Source of the DNA: Octopus sinensis
Lineage: Eukaryota
NCBI RefSeq assembly: GCF_006345805.1
Contig: NC_042999.1
Coordinates: 98,766,001 to 98,830,000 of the forward strand
Length of the DNA stretch: 64,000 bases
Direction of reading: 5' to 3'
The number at the start of each line of letters is the position of its first letter. Within the stretch, counting starts at the first letter, position 1. The notes under the pieces are model-generated. The model did not search any database. It saw only the letters and a list, made by a program, of their open reading frames with translations, and was not told the DNA's origin. The translations under genes and the position numbers were made by a program. Below, in pieces: positions 51,496 through 63,785 of this stretch.

Positions 51496-51602
51496 GCAGG
51501 TATACTTCAAGAAAAAACAACTCAGATTTACCCTAACCAACATATATATATATGAAATATGTTAGGGTAAATCCTAGTTGTTTCCTCTTGAAGCATATCT
51601 GC
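51496..51602. repeat. Fold-back inverted repeat (arms about 46-50 bp)
   Basis: gcaggtatacttcaagaaaaaacaactcagatttaccctaac.. versus ..gttagggtaaatcctagttgtttcctcttgaagcatatctgc around a short AT spacer. Confidence 0.8.
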
Positions 51603-51783
51603 TTATTCCAATGTTACAATCAATATGTATCCATATTTGGTGCTGTATGTGAGTCAAAATACATATTAAAATTGAGAATTCGGAAAAACTATTAGCATAA
51701 ATAATTTATAATAAAATAGAAAAATGGAAATAAAGAATACTAAAAGATTTCCATTTTCCTATTTTATTACACACACACACACA

Positions 51784-51824
<41 letters not shown>

Positions 51825-51845
51825 TACACACTCATATATCTTGAG

Positions 51846-52003
51846 GCAGTGATGCAAGAGTTCATGACTGAATGTCCTTGATAGACCTAATTGAATCGTG
51901 TAATAGCTTGATGCTGATTGGCTGCTTAATAGACTGATCTCTTGAAACTATTGTAGCTGGCTCATGATATCTGACTGGCTACCTAACAGTTTTGAATCAC
52001 TGC
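51846..52003. mobile_element. Small MITE with 12-bp TIRs (hAT-like CAGTG ends)
   Basis: gcagtgatgcaa / ttgaatcactgc; no matching TSD found. Confidence 0.45.
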
Positions 52004-52113
52004 TACACTAGGACCAAAGTGGTACTTAGGAACAGATTGCACAAAATCTCAATAACATCTCGGAAATAACTTCTCTCACTCAGAATGAAGAAAGGGAGAA
52101 AGTGAGAACTTAA

Positions 52114-52303
52114 CCCTTTGGCATTTAAACCAGTCACATCCAACCCAAATATTTTACTTGTTTTATGCTCAAACCAGCTAGATCTGGCCTTTCACACCTA
52201 CCCTACAATGTAATTTTAAAAAATTAAGTCACATCGTTAAAATTTCAAAGCAATATGAATAAAACAAGGATTAGATTTGATTGAATAACCTGAAGCTATA
52301 AAG
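52114..52303 (+). mobile_element. piggyBac-like MITE (family P1)
   Basis: TTAA-CCCTTTGGCATT start, TTAA at 52304-07; body shared with 18386 and 22163. Confidence 0.7.
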
Positions 52304-53748
52304 TTAATATGTTAGCTGCCTCACATGTATAAGAATTGTTAGTTTTCAGAACATTGACAAAGTGAAGAATTCAGACTCATTACTAAAAGTTGTAGATAGT
52401 TGCTGGAACTTTCAGGACCTAACTGATATTAGAAGTGGTAGTAGTGAAAATGAGTATTTAAAGTAAAAACGGGGATGGAAGAATTTCATGGAGGTGTTAT
52501 CTTTGTAATAAAATAATTTCTCATTCTATGTAACTGGTAAAATTTTGTATAAGAAGTTTGATATTGCAAGGTAGAGACAGTTGTTGTTATTTAACTTCAA
52601 ATCAGCTCTGAGCAGAACTGTAACCAATGACATTCCAGCCATGACTATCACATGCTTTTTATTTTCAAGCATAATGTTTCTAGGACTACAATATTCACAG
52701 TGTCCTTCCTTTTTTAAGATAATAAGGTGTAATATGATGAAGATTTTACTGTTATTTCTAGCAGGTTGAGTAACAACTAAAAGTTCAATTGTAAAGGTGG
52801 AAGAGTCATGATTTAAGATCCATCAAAAATACATAATTAGTGAATGTATGAGGGAGAATGTAAGAAAACTGCAATGTATGCAGATGTGAATGTGTTGCTT
52901 CTGACATGTAACAAAATTTACAGCTGCTGATTGAGAAAGGTGCTATATATTCAGAGTGAAGGGTACTTGTAAAAAGATGAAAACCAAGAAAGATTTCAGA
53001 AGTGATGACATCAGTCCAGTGTATGTTGGTTCTCACTGATACAGTGCCACAAAATCTATATGAATGGCAATATGCAGTTATTCATTTGCAGCCCTGCCAA
53101 TGTTAGTATGGAAGAACAGTCTGTGAATTGTTGAAGGTGATGAGAGAGAGAGACACACACACACATGGGTGTATGTGTATGTGTGTGTATAATATATATG
53201 TACGTATATGAGTGTCTGTATACCTACATATATATCTAAATGCATAATATCATTACTGCCATCATCTATAGCTATATATCAAGAGGGTGTATATTCAAGG
53301 TGTAACAGATGTACAGCAGATGCATTCAACAGTCATAAAGTAATGATTTAGTAATTTTATTTATTGCATGGTAATTAAATGACAAATTTATATAAATTGC
53401 AATTTATTATAATTTAGTATTATGCCAGTAGATTTTTACATTCATTAAGCACTGAGCTAGCCTGTCATCACTCCTTTTGTATTTTATTACCAGTAGCCTA
53501 TACTACAAGCATTTGGTTAGATAGCAGTATTCAGCTTTCAGAATAAGCAGTTTTAGACAGGGATATGGTGTGAGTGATGTCTTAACAGGGGAGCTTGAGC
53601 ATATGTACTTGATGTTCTAAATACAGCAGTCACGTCTCTCTCAAATTACATCCTACCATCTTCAATAAGAAAGGATACATCGGACACATAGGCCTGGATA
53701 TATAAAAGATGAAATGGTTATGGCTAGAGTGTCTTTCATAGTAGGTCA

Positions 53749-53920
53749 AGACCATTCCAAGGAAGGTGTTCCAGAGGTGTTACCAGTAATGACAGAACCG
53801 TTAGAAGTATGTGAACTCCCAAGGGGAATATTTTGAAGGTGATTAAATAAAATTTGTGAAATGCACACAATGGTTATTTTTTTAATGCCCAAAGTTTGGA
53901 TAGTTTTTGAACACACTTTG
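53749..53920 (+). mobile_element. Mariner transposase C-terminus and right TIR
   Basis: TIPRKVFQRCYQ**QNR*KYVNSQGEYFEGD* then ggatagtttttgaacacactttg-TA. Confidence 0.8.
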
Positions 53921-54070
53921 TACTTGATCAGTGCTGACCTGAGGTGAAACAATAATAACTACCAGAGGAAGTAAAATAGTGAGAGAGCAGCTCCTAACTA
54001 GGTTAAAATGTGTAGCAATAATATTTCACTTTTCTACTGTTTAATACTGTATGCTGTTATATAATCTAAT

Positions 54071-54266
54071 CCTTCCTACTACAGGCACAATACCTAAAAT
54101 TTTGGGGCAGTCGATTATGTCAACCCCAGTGTTTCACTGGTACTTGATTTATTGACCTCGAAAGGATGAAAGGCAAAGTCAACCTTGGTGAAATTTGAAC
54201 TCAGAATGTAAGGATGGACAAAATGCTGCTAAGCATTTAGTCCAGTGTGCTAATGATTCTGCCAGT
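54071..54266 (-). mobile_element. SINE family B with 16-bp TSD
   Basis: tgttatataat(c/t)taat at 54055-54070 and 54267-54282. Confidence 0.85.
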
Positions 54267-54701
54267 TGTTATATAATTTAATATTAACATAGTATTTAGT
54301 TTACTATATTTCACTTCTCAGGTATACTGTGGACATGTAGCTACAGTTTTTCAAATACTGAAGGCTAGTAAAAGATACTATGTTCATTGTAACTATTAAT
54401 TCTACATTTCTTATAACATAAAGAGGCTAACATAATTTATAAACAAACATTAGTATTGTTGTGTCACTGAAGACTAGGTTTTTGGATTTATTTGTTGCTC
54501 ACATTCCTGGCAAGCAAAAATTAATGATATGGTAGTCAAAGGGATAAATGTGAAATATAGTCATTACTAGTTGTAAACGGCATGCAACTTAGTAATACAC
54601 ATGCTTCTCGAATTATAAACATTAGTGGTTGAGAAAACTATTGGTTCACTACATCAATAATTAGTGAGAATAAACACTTCAAAAGTGCAATAAATTGATT
54701 T

Positions 54702-55355
54702 CATCATCATCATCATCATCATCATTTACGTCTGCTTTCCATGCTGGCATGGGTTAGACAGTTTGACTGAAACTGGTAAGCTGGAGAGCTGTACCAGGTT
54801 CCAGTCTGATTTACCATGATTTCTACTGCTGGATGCCCTTCCTAATGCCAACTACTCCAAGAGTGTATTGGGTGCTTTTTACATGCCACTGGCATGAGTG
54901 TCAGTTATGCAACACCAACATCAGCCACACTCTCACTCAGCTACACTCTCATTTGACTTAATGAGTCTTCTCAAGCACAGCATATCGCTAAAGGTCTCAG
55001 CCAATTATCATTGCCTCTTTGAGGCCCCATGTTTGAAGGGCACTTTTTATGTGCAACCAGCATGGGTACCTGTTACATGACACCAGCATTGGCCACGATT
55101 ATGGTTTCACTTGGCTTGATGAGTCTTTTCAAGCATTGCATATTGCCAAAGGTCTTGGTCACTTGAAATTGTCTCTATGAGGCCCAACATTTGGAGTACC
55201 TGTCACATGACACCAGCATTGGGTACCTGTCACATGACACCAGCATTGGCCACGATTATGGTTTCACTTGGCTTGATGAGTCTTTTCAAGCATTGCATAT
55301 TGCCAAAGGTCTTGGTCACTTGAAATTGTCTCTATGAGGCCCAACATTTGGAGAT
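54702..55355 (-). mobile_element. SINE family C with a recent 130-bp tandem duplication
   Basis: (CAT)n tail at 54702; 55066-55195 and 55223-55352 differ at one base, separated by a 27-bp partial unit. Confidence 0.85.
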
Positions 55356-56188
55356 CATGCTTGAAAAAATGGAAATGTATTACATTTCAGCCGAACCTCT
55401 CTAATCAGGGCTGAAGTTCACAGAATTAAAGGTTTGCAGTAATTACGGTTATATGTTTTCTTCAATCAGAATATAGAGAAGACATTGTTTAATTGTCTAA
55501 ACCAGGCCTGGCCAACTTGAATTACATTACAGGGCACTTTTATCACAGAAAGTTTTATGAGGGCCACTTGTATACTGATGGAATTGAAAGCATTTTGCTT
55601 TCTCATGCAATAATGAATGAATGATCATTGATTCAACATGAAATATTATCATTGTGAAAACAGCATTATCTTTCTTCTTTACTTTTCATTACAATCTTTA
55701 ATTTTTGATAAAATTTTTAAAATGTTTGTTTAAATAAACCCATTTCATGAAAGCATCAAGCAGGCCGCAAGATAAAAGTTGCATGTGGCTCGTGGGCCTC
55801 AGGTTCACCAGCCATGGTCTAATCCAATCATATTTTTAATGTAAGAACATGTAAAAACCATTCTTAGTTCCTTCAGCTATTGGGAGTTTCTAAAATTGTT
55901 TATGGTATTTTATAAGATCATATCTATCTTCATATTCCTGCAAACTCTAGTCAGCTCCATAAGCATTATATAAATTATGATTCATCATTCTTTTAATCTT
56001 TCATGAGTTTTCATTCATTAGCATGTGCTGATGCTGTTGCAATAACGTCATGGGTTTAGCAGGTCATTTGTTAAACTGCTAAGTTACATAAAGAGCTAAA
56101 ACATAAATAACACTGGATTTTAGACATAGATAAAGATACAATCATATATACATTCATGTCTGTGTGTGTATTTATGCATGTATATATG

Positions 56189-56803
56189 CTCTTTTACTCT
56201 TTTACATGTTTCAGTCATTTAACTGCTGCCATGCTGGAGCACCACCTTTGTTGAAGAAATCGACCCCAGGAATTATTCTTTGTAAGCCTAGTACTTTTCC
56301 CCTTTTGCTGAACCGCTAAGTTTCGGGGACATAGGCACACCAACATTGGTTGTTGCACACACACACACACACATACACACAATACACATTACACTCCAGT
56401 GCGGTTTCCACCAATGAAATTTTGTGTATAATACATTGATCAACCCAAGGCTGCAGCAGAAAACAGTCCAAAGTGACATAAAGTATGGTGAATGCAGAAT
56501 TATGTTGTTGTGAAGCAAACATCTTTACTACATAGTTGTGCCTTTACTTGAAACTGAAAGAAGCCCGTTGTATATGTGTAAATGTATATATGTGTGTGTT
56601 TGTGTGTCTGCCACCCCCCACCCCCAACACTGCTTGACAACTGATGCTGGTATGTTTACATCCTCGTAACTTAGTGGTTCGGCAAAAGAGACCGATAGAA
56701 TAAGTACTAGGCTTACAAAGAATAAGTCCTGGGATCAGTTTCCTCGACTAAAGGCAGTGCTCTAGCATGGCCAAAGTCAAATGACTGAAATGAGTAAAAG
56801 AGT
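56189..56803. mobile_element. Two family A SINEs in divergent orientation
   Basis: Minus copy about 56189-56540; 5'-truncated plus copy 56546-56803 starting gaaactgaaagaagccc. Confidence 0.8.
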
Positions 56804-56924
56804 AATATATATATATAAATATATATATCAGTAAACATCCCCATTTGTGTTCTTCATATACACCTACACCACACCAGAAATCAACTTCAAGTTGGATCAG
56901 CAGTTTATGTTGAATTTTGAACAT

Positions 56925-57300
56925 ATCATCATCATCATCATCATTTAATGCCTGCTTTCCATGCTGGCATGGGTTGGACGGTTTGACTGAGGACTGGCAA
57001 GCCAAAAGGCTGCACCTGGCTCCAGTTTGATCTGGCAAGCTTTTGACAACTGGATGCCCTTCCTAACGCCAACCACTCCGAGGGTGTAGTAGGTGCTTTT
57101 TATATGCCTGTCAGGTGGCACTGGCATTGACCATGTTCGAATGGTGCTTTTTACATGCCATTGGTGCTGGCATTGGCCATGCTCAAAAGTACTCTTTGCA
57201 TGCGACTGGTACAGGTTCCAGTTAGGTGGAACTAACATTGGCCACAATTACGATTTCACTTGACTCAACAGGTCTTCTCAGGCACAGCATATTTCCTGAT
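56925..57300 (-). mobile_element. SINE family C
   Basis: (CAT)n, tttaatgcctgctttccatgctggcatgggttggacgg...ctggatgcccttcctaacgccaaccactccg, with internal tttt.catgcc repeats. Confidence 0.85.
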
Positions 57301-57310
57301 GAGTCAAGAT

Positions 57311-57356
57311 ATATACATATATTATAATATATATATATATATTATATATATATTAT

Positions 57357-57390
<34 letters not shown>

Positions 57391-57432
57391 AATATATATT
57401 ATATATATATATATATAATATATATATATTAT

Positions 57433-57481
<49 letters not shown>

Positions 57482-57517
57482 ATATATATATTATATATAT
57501 ATATATATATATATGAT

Positions 57518-57586
<69 letters not shown>

Positions 57587-57593
57587 TATATAT

Positions 57594-57636
<43 letters not shown>

Positions 57637-57689
57637 TATATTATATATATATATATATAATATATAATATATATAATATATAAATATAT

Positions 57690-57725
<36 letters not shown>

Positions 57726-57735
57726 TATATAATAT

Positions 57736-57766
<31 letters not shown>

Positions 57767-57770
57767 ATAT

Positions 57771-57808
<38 letters not shown>

Positions 57809-57811
57809 AAT

Positions 57812-57893
<82 letters not shown>

Positions 57894-57920
57894 TATATAA
57901 ATATATATATATAGATATAA

Positions 57921-57955
<35 letters not shown>

Positions 57956-58304
57956 ATATATATAAATATATATATAAATATATATAAAATATATATAAAT
58001 ATATATATAATAGATATATAATATATATATAAATATATAGATAATATATATAATTATATATATAAAGATAATATAAAATATATTAGATATAAATATATAT
58101 ATAGAATATATATACCTACTAAATATATATATAAATATATATATAAATATATATATAAATATATATATTAAATAATATATATATAATAATATATAAATAT
58201 ATATTATAAATATTATATTATAATATATATATAAATATATATATATAATATAATATAAATATATATATATAAATATATATATAAAATATATTAAATATAT
58301 ATAT

Positions 58305-58393
<89 letters not shown>

Positions 58394-58413
58394 AATATAT
58401 ATATAAATATATA

Positions 58414-58453
<40 letters not shown>

Positions 58454-58845
58454 TATATAATATATATATAAATATATATATATATAAAATATATATAAAA
58501 TATATATATAAATATATATATATATAAATATATATATAAAATATATATATAAATAATATTAATATATATATAAATATATATATATAAATATATATAAATA
58601 TATATAAAATATATATATAAATATATATAATATATATTATATATATATTATAGATATATATATATATTATATATATATATAATATATATTATATATATAT
58701 AATATATATATATATATAATATATATATAAAGATATCTATATCTATATATATAGATATATATATATATATATATATATATAGATATATATATATAATATT
58801 AAATATATATATATATATAATATATAATATATATATATATATATA

Positions 58846-58942
<97 letters not shown>

Positions 58943-58978
58943 TATATATATATAATATATATATAAATAATTATATAT

Positions 58979-59028
<50 letters not shown>

Positions 59029-59165
59029 GATATATATAATAATATAATATATATATATTATATATATATATTATTAAATATATATATATAATAATAGATA
59101 TATATAAATATATATTAATATAATATATATATATATATATAATATATACATATATTATATATTTG
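57311..59165. repeat. About 1.85-kb almost pure A/T (TA)n tract
   Basis: Only scattered G or C bases (e.g. tacacctact near 58112, gatatctatatct near 58732). Confidence 0.95.
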
Positions 59166-59574
59166 TATATGCTAAGAAGCAGTGCATTCTACCAGAATTT
59201 TTGACTGTAGTCAAATATAACTAAATACTCCAAATCATTGTGTGGGTGTCTGTAATAAGAGGAGTCAAGACTGGCTAGTTTGTACTGGTATTGAGTCACA
59301 TTAGCTGTACTGATGAAGACAAGCCAAGAGTGAAATTTTGGAATCATTTAATTTGTGCATTTCAGGTTTGTATTATATATTATAGGAAATGCATCTATTA
59401 TGTAAACCTTTCTCAGATAAGACATTTCAAAAATATTTTGAAGATATCTTTGAAATGCTTTAACTGAGGAAGGTTTACATAATGGATGCATTCCCTATTA
59501 TATATTATGCAAATCTGAAACATACATATTAAATGATTTCAAAATATTGCTATTTGGTTTAACTTCATTGTTAC

Positions 59575-59608
<34 letters not shown>

Positions 59609-60189
59609 TCATCATCATCATGTATATGTATGTATATATGTATTGCTGTGCTGAAGATTTATTTATGCATGTTTGCATGCATAATACTTTAATTATTGCA
59701 TGCATAATACTTTAATTATTGCAACAATTGCTTTTACAGTAAGATGTACTTCACACCTCCTTTCTTCCCACTTCTAAATTGTAGAATCTGACCTTTCTTC
59801 AGCAAGAAGTGGTGGTGGTAGTGGAAGGTTAACTCTGTGATGGACTGGTATCTCATTTAGTGAGGATTATTGTATTCTTGGTCTCTTAAACTTGGAAAGT
59901 GGAATAATGAACCTGTCAGACTGTAATAAACCTATGACAAAGACTTGTGATAGAGGAGACAGTTTCTTGGCAAAGTATAAGGATCTATGCACAGGCTGGT
60001 TTTTCATTAATATTTAACTGAGCCGACGAGTAAGCATCGATGTAGTTTTTAACCCTATTAGAAGCAGCAACTAAATTATCCTCAGGTCACACTCTACCAT
60101 TTTAAAAAGAAAGGATGCATTGAATAATATAGTCTTCAATATATGTAAAGAGAGGATGATCATGCTTGGATGCCTTTGTTCATGAATAA

Positions 60190-60412
60190 ATTTGATGTAG
60201 TGATTTTCTTTTGCGTTTTCAGACAAATTAACCTTTCCTCATCATATAAGACTTGTATCTGATGTCTTTGTGGACAACATTCCTGACTGTTCCTTCTGAC
60301 ACGTAGATCTTTTGTAACTGACCTCATGGGCTTTCTGAGATTGTAATCAATGGTCTGTTGATAAATTAAGGTGTTCTAATGATTTCAGAATATTTACAAT
60401 GCTTTTTATGCT
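60190..60412 (-). mobile_element. maT/DD37D mariner transposase fragment (DNA-binding region)
   Basis: Minus translation SEIIRTP..VSEGTVRNVVHKDIRYKSYMMRKG, typical of this family. Confidence 0.8.
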
Positions 60413-61622
60413 TTGATACTGGTGATACGCTTCCATCTTCAGTCTTTAGGCACTGGGATAAAAGGAAAAACGACCAAATTATCCAGTCATATATGGTCAT
60501 TAAAAGATAAAGGTGTCAGTTACAACATCCATTGGAAGATCTTAGCCAAGTGTAAGCCCTACACCAATGGCAGTGGAAAGTGCAGTCTATGTGATATGGA
60601 AAGATGGCTCATCTGGAAAAGTAGCTTAGATCTTGCTACATGTCTGAATTCAAGAACTGAACTTTTCGGGTCATGCCCATATGTGGCCAAATATTTGTTA
60701 CGTTTTTGGTCCCCCCGAGACTACAGAAAGAACTTGCTTTCTATATTGTGTCCACACACAAGCTTTTTATCTCTTTATACTTTTTACTTATATTTCTTAT
60801 ATATTTTTTTATTTATATTTTTTATATATTTCTTACATATTTATAGAGATATTGGTTTATAGGTTTATTGCTTATATATTTTTTACACATAATTTTTCTG
60901 TATTCTACCTTCCACCCTGCATTTTTCCCTGTGCATATATAGACATGTATATGGTTTCTTTTGTGTGTGTATGTGTGTGTGTGTGCGGGTATGTGTGTAT
61001 ATAGTTTTGTGCAGGTGTGCGTGCATGCGAGTATGTGCGTATATAGACGTGTTTTACTCAATGTTTTTACACATTTTCCTTTATTTTTGCCTTTAACTCT
61101 GTTTTTTCTTGTGTATAGATGTATGTATGGTCTTTTTTGTACGTGCATGCATGTGTGTGTGCGGGTATGTGCATATATAGGCGTGTATGTGTGTGTGCAT
61201 ACGAGTATGTACTTATATAGACATGGTTGACTCTTTGTACACTCCCTTAGATGGATGTATACTTTTAGGTGCATGCATGTGTAGGTATGAACATGCGCGC
61301 TTACGTGAATACTATGAATTTCTTGCCCCCTTACTTTTTACTCCCTTCCCTCACTTAGCGGTCATTCAAATAGCTCTTTTGTCTTAATAATGGTCAACCA
61401 CACTGTAATTTCCCTTTGTATAATGGTAATTTTTCATAGCATTTTTCTGATGGGCAGATAACTGAAGAGATGGCGGCGTGGATTTCCACCTTGGCATCCC
61501 TAACTTGGAGTTTTATCATGGCTACCGAATAATTGTCACATATTACACTTACAGATAAATTCCTCTATTTACATAATATCGAGGTCTCTTTCATTCTTTT
61601 GTTGTCTTAGCATTTTTATCAA
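60413..61622 (+). mobile_element. 5'-truncated Penelope-like retroelement: endonuclease C-terminus, 3' UTR and pseudo-LTR
   Basis: TTKLSSHIWSLKDKGVSYNIHWKILAKCKPY.NGSGKCSLCDMERWLI..LNSRTELFGSCP matches the post-GIY-YIG region of Penelope-like elements. The 3' part has a decayed CTGATG..GAA.aattgtc motif (61446-61540) and ends in (TA)n. Confidence 0.8.
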
Positions 61623-61779
61623 TTAATATATATATATATATATATATATACAAAATTAGAGAATGGAGTATATTGGATATATATTATCCCATGGTGGGTT
61701 GAATTTTCAACCCCTATCTCATTTTATATATATATATATATATAGAGAGAGATATGTATATATGAACTTAGACATGTTT

Positions 61780-62095
61780 CAACCAAAGATTGGTCCAAGC
61801 CATGTCTAACTTAATAGCACCACCTTATAGGATTATCTAAATCCTTTTTGAGTCAAGTTTTGTGGTATCATGGTCCATTCAAGTATTGAGTTCTTGTTGA
61901 GTGAGTTGTATCCAGGTATAGGTGGCTTATCTGGTATTCCTTGAAGAAATTTGTCCAGACTCCATCTAAATGTGATGGGATCCTTTTCCTATTTGATCAG
62001 TTTTGGGACAATGTGAAACAGGGCAGGACCTGTTGAGGAAAAGAAATTGTGTTGCAGTGTGCCTATATGTTGTGATCCTGAATTGGGCAGGGGAC
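61780..62095 (-). mobile_element. CR1-group LINE 3' end
   Basis: HNFFSSTGPALFHIVPKLIK*..FRWSLDKFLQGIPDKPPIPGYNSLNKNSILEW resembles the GP.LFN.LP..LD.FL..IPD.P..PGY..NS C-terminus of CR1-group ORF2. Confidence 0.75.
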
Positions 62096-63383
62096 ATATG
62101 GCCCCTAGTCCCAGCCTTAGATGAACCTTGAAGCTAATTTTGATTTTGCAACCCACCAAATTTTAGCGGGTGCAAGCATACTAGCTGCACCTTTGTTCCT
62201 GGCATCTTGGTGGCAACAGCAGTTAGCTCTTGCAAATAATGTATGTGTTTGCTTATAGTCCAGAATTCTGGAAGTGTGAGGAAAGTTCTGACATAATATC
62301 AACATATGTTCAACCAAGAAAAATATAGATTAGCTGTCTATTTAAAATTTAATTTTTAGTCAGTTAGTCAATTACATCTCGTATAAGAACACTGTTGCTT
62401 ATGTTTCATCAATGTTTTCTGATTGCCAATAGAGTTAATGTTTCATTGCTTACAAATTCAATAACATTAATGCTGTTTGAATGTGTTCTGATTGAATTAA
62501 CAGCTATTTATTATCAGCAGAAAGTCAGTTTGGGGTATGCTGAACTGTTCAATTTCTTATTTCTCTTCATAATTGAAAGACTTTGAACTGTTGGCTCTAT
62601 TGAACCTATAGGCTACTTTGAATTGATAGGTTACATTAAATTATAGGCTACATTCAGACTAGACTAAAGCAGTCTCTAAATGTCGGTCCTTTTACCAGAC
62701 TCATATTTGAAGGTAAGAAGGTAAGGTAATCTTTAAGGTTTCATACAGAATACCACGTAATCATTGTTCCAGACCAGTACACTCCTGCCCAAATCAACCT
62801 TGCCTTTTATCCTTTCAGGAGCCAATAGCAAAAGAATTAGTGGATATTCTTCTGTCTTTCTCTGTATTGTACCTGTAATGCAAAAGCTTAACCCTGTCAC
62901 TTTGTGATATTCTGATTTAGCCATAGAATTATGTTAAGAGTACATGTCTCTGGAATATACAGCTACTTATGTGCTAATTTCATAAGCAGGAGATTAGTCA
63001 AACAAATGTACATTATCAACACTGATGGATAATCCATTACTGAATGAAGGTATGCATACATGTATATACAAATGCTTGCCCTGCATGCTAATATCAATTA
63101 ACAGGGAAGGCAAGCCAATGAACATACTTATAAATGGTTACTTGACCTACTAGAAATAGCAGCTGAATCTCTCTCCAGTCATGTCCTACCATACGAAATA
63201 AAGAAAAATACGTTGCAAAATGTAGTCTCCAATATACAAAAAAATGGACTGTCAAGGCTGGAACATCTATAATCAGATGTTTGCTAGATCTGACCTGGGG
63301 GCTAAACACCCTCCTCATCACTAACTCAAATAAAAACACACATACATTGATATTTATACATATATTAGTGTGAATTAATGAAC

Positions 63384-63785
63384 ATGTACATTATTTACAT
63401 TCGACAGATATTTGTCCTCATCTTGTTTGTTGTTAACACAATGTTTTGGCTGATATACCCTCCAGCCTTCTTCAGGTGGTGGTGCTGTTGCTGTTCAGGT
63501 CAATACTTGGAATCGAACTCGGAATCTTGGGGTTAGTAGCCTGTGCTCTTAGCCACTATGCCATATGCCCGTGAGCAATTATGAAGTGAATTTTAGGGCT
63601 TATAAATCTAATAATAATATCGAAAAATACCTTAAGAATGAGAACCCAGGTTCGAAATTTCCCCAAGACACCTGAAGAAGGCTGGAGGGTATATCAGTCG
63701 AATCGTGTTAACAACAAACAAGATGAGGACAAATATCCGTCGAATGTAAATAATGTACATAATTTCTCATCTCTTAAATATAGAA
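63384..63785. mobile_element. Inverted-repeat element: tRNA-like head between two Penelope-type tails with hammerhead relics
   Basis: Arms 63384-63478 and 63669-63760 are about 93-bp reverse complements. The minus strand at about 63500-63570 reads TGGCATAGTGGCTAAG...GAGTTCGATTCC (A/B boxes). Each arm has CTGAAGAaGGCTG-loop-CAG(C/T)C followed by a damaged GAAA. Confidence 0.8.

Noticed and set aside
57255-57307. CTGATGAG motif with cttgactca/tgagtcaag inverted repeat
   Set aside because: No GAAA strand in a compatible position; part of the SINE C upstream region.
59305-59345. CTGATGA...GTGAAA possible hammerhead
   Set aside because: Stems I and II cannot be paired convincingly.
63500-63570. 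Functional tRNA gene (also heads at 33710-33775, 4580 and 15669)
   Set aside because: A/B boxes are present but no complete acceptor stem or cloverleaf is evident; they continue into SINE bodies.
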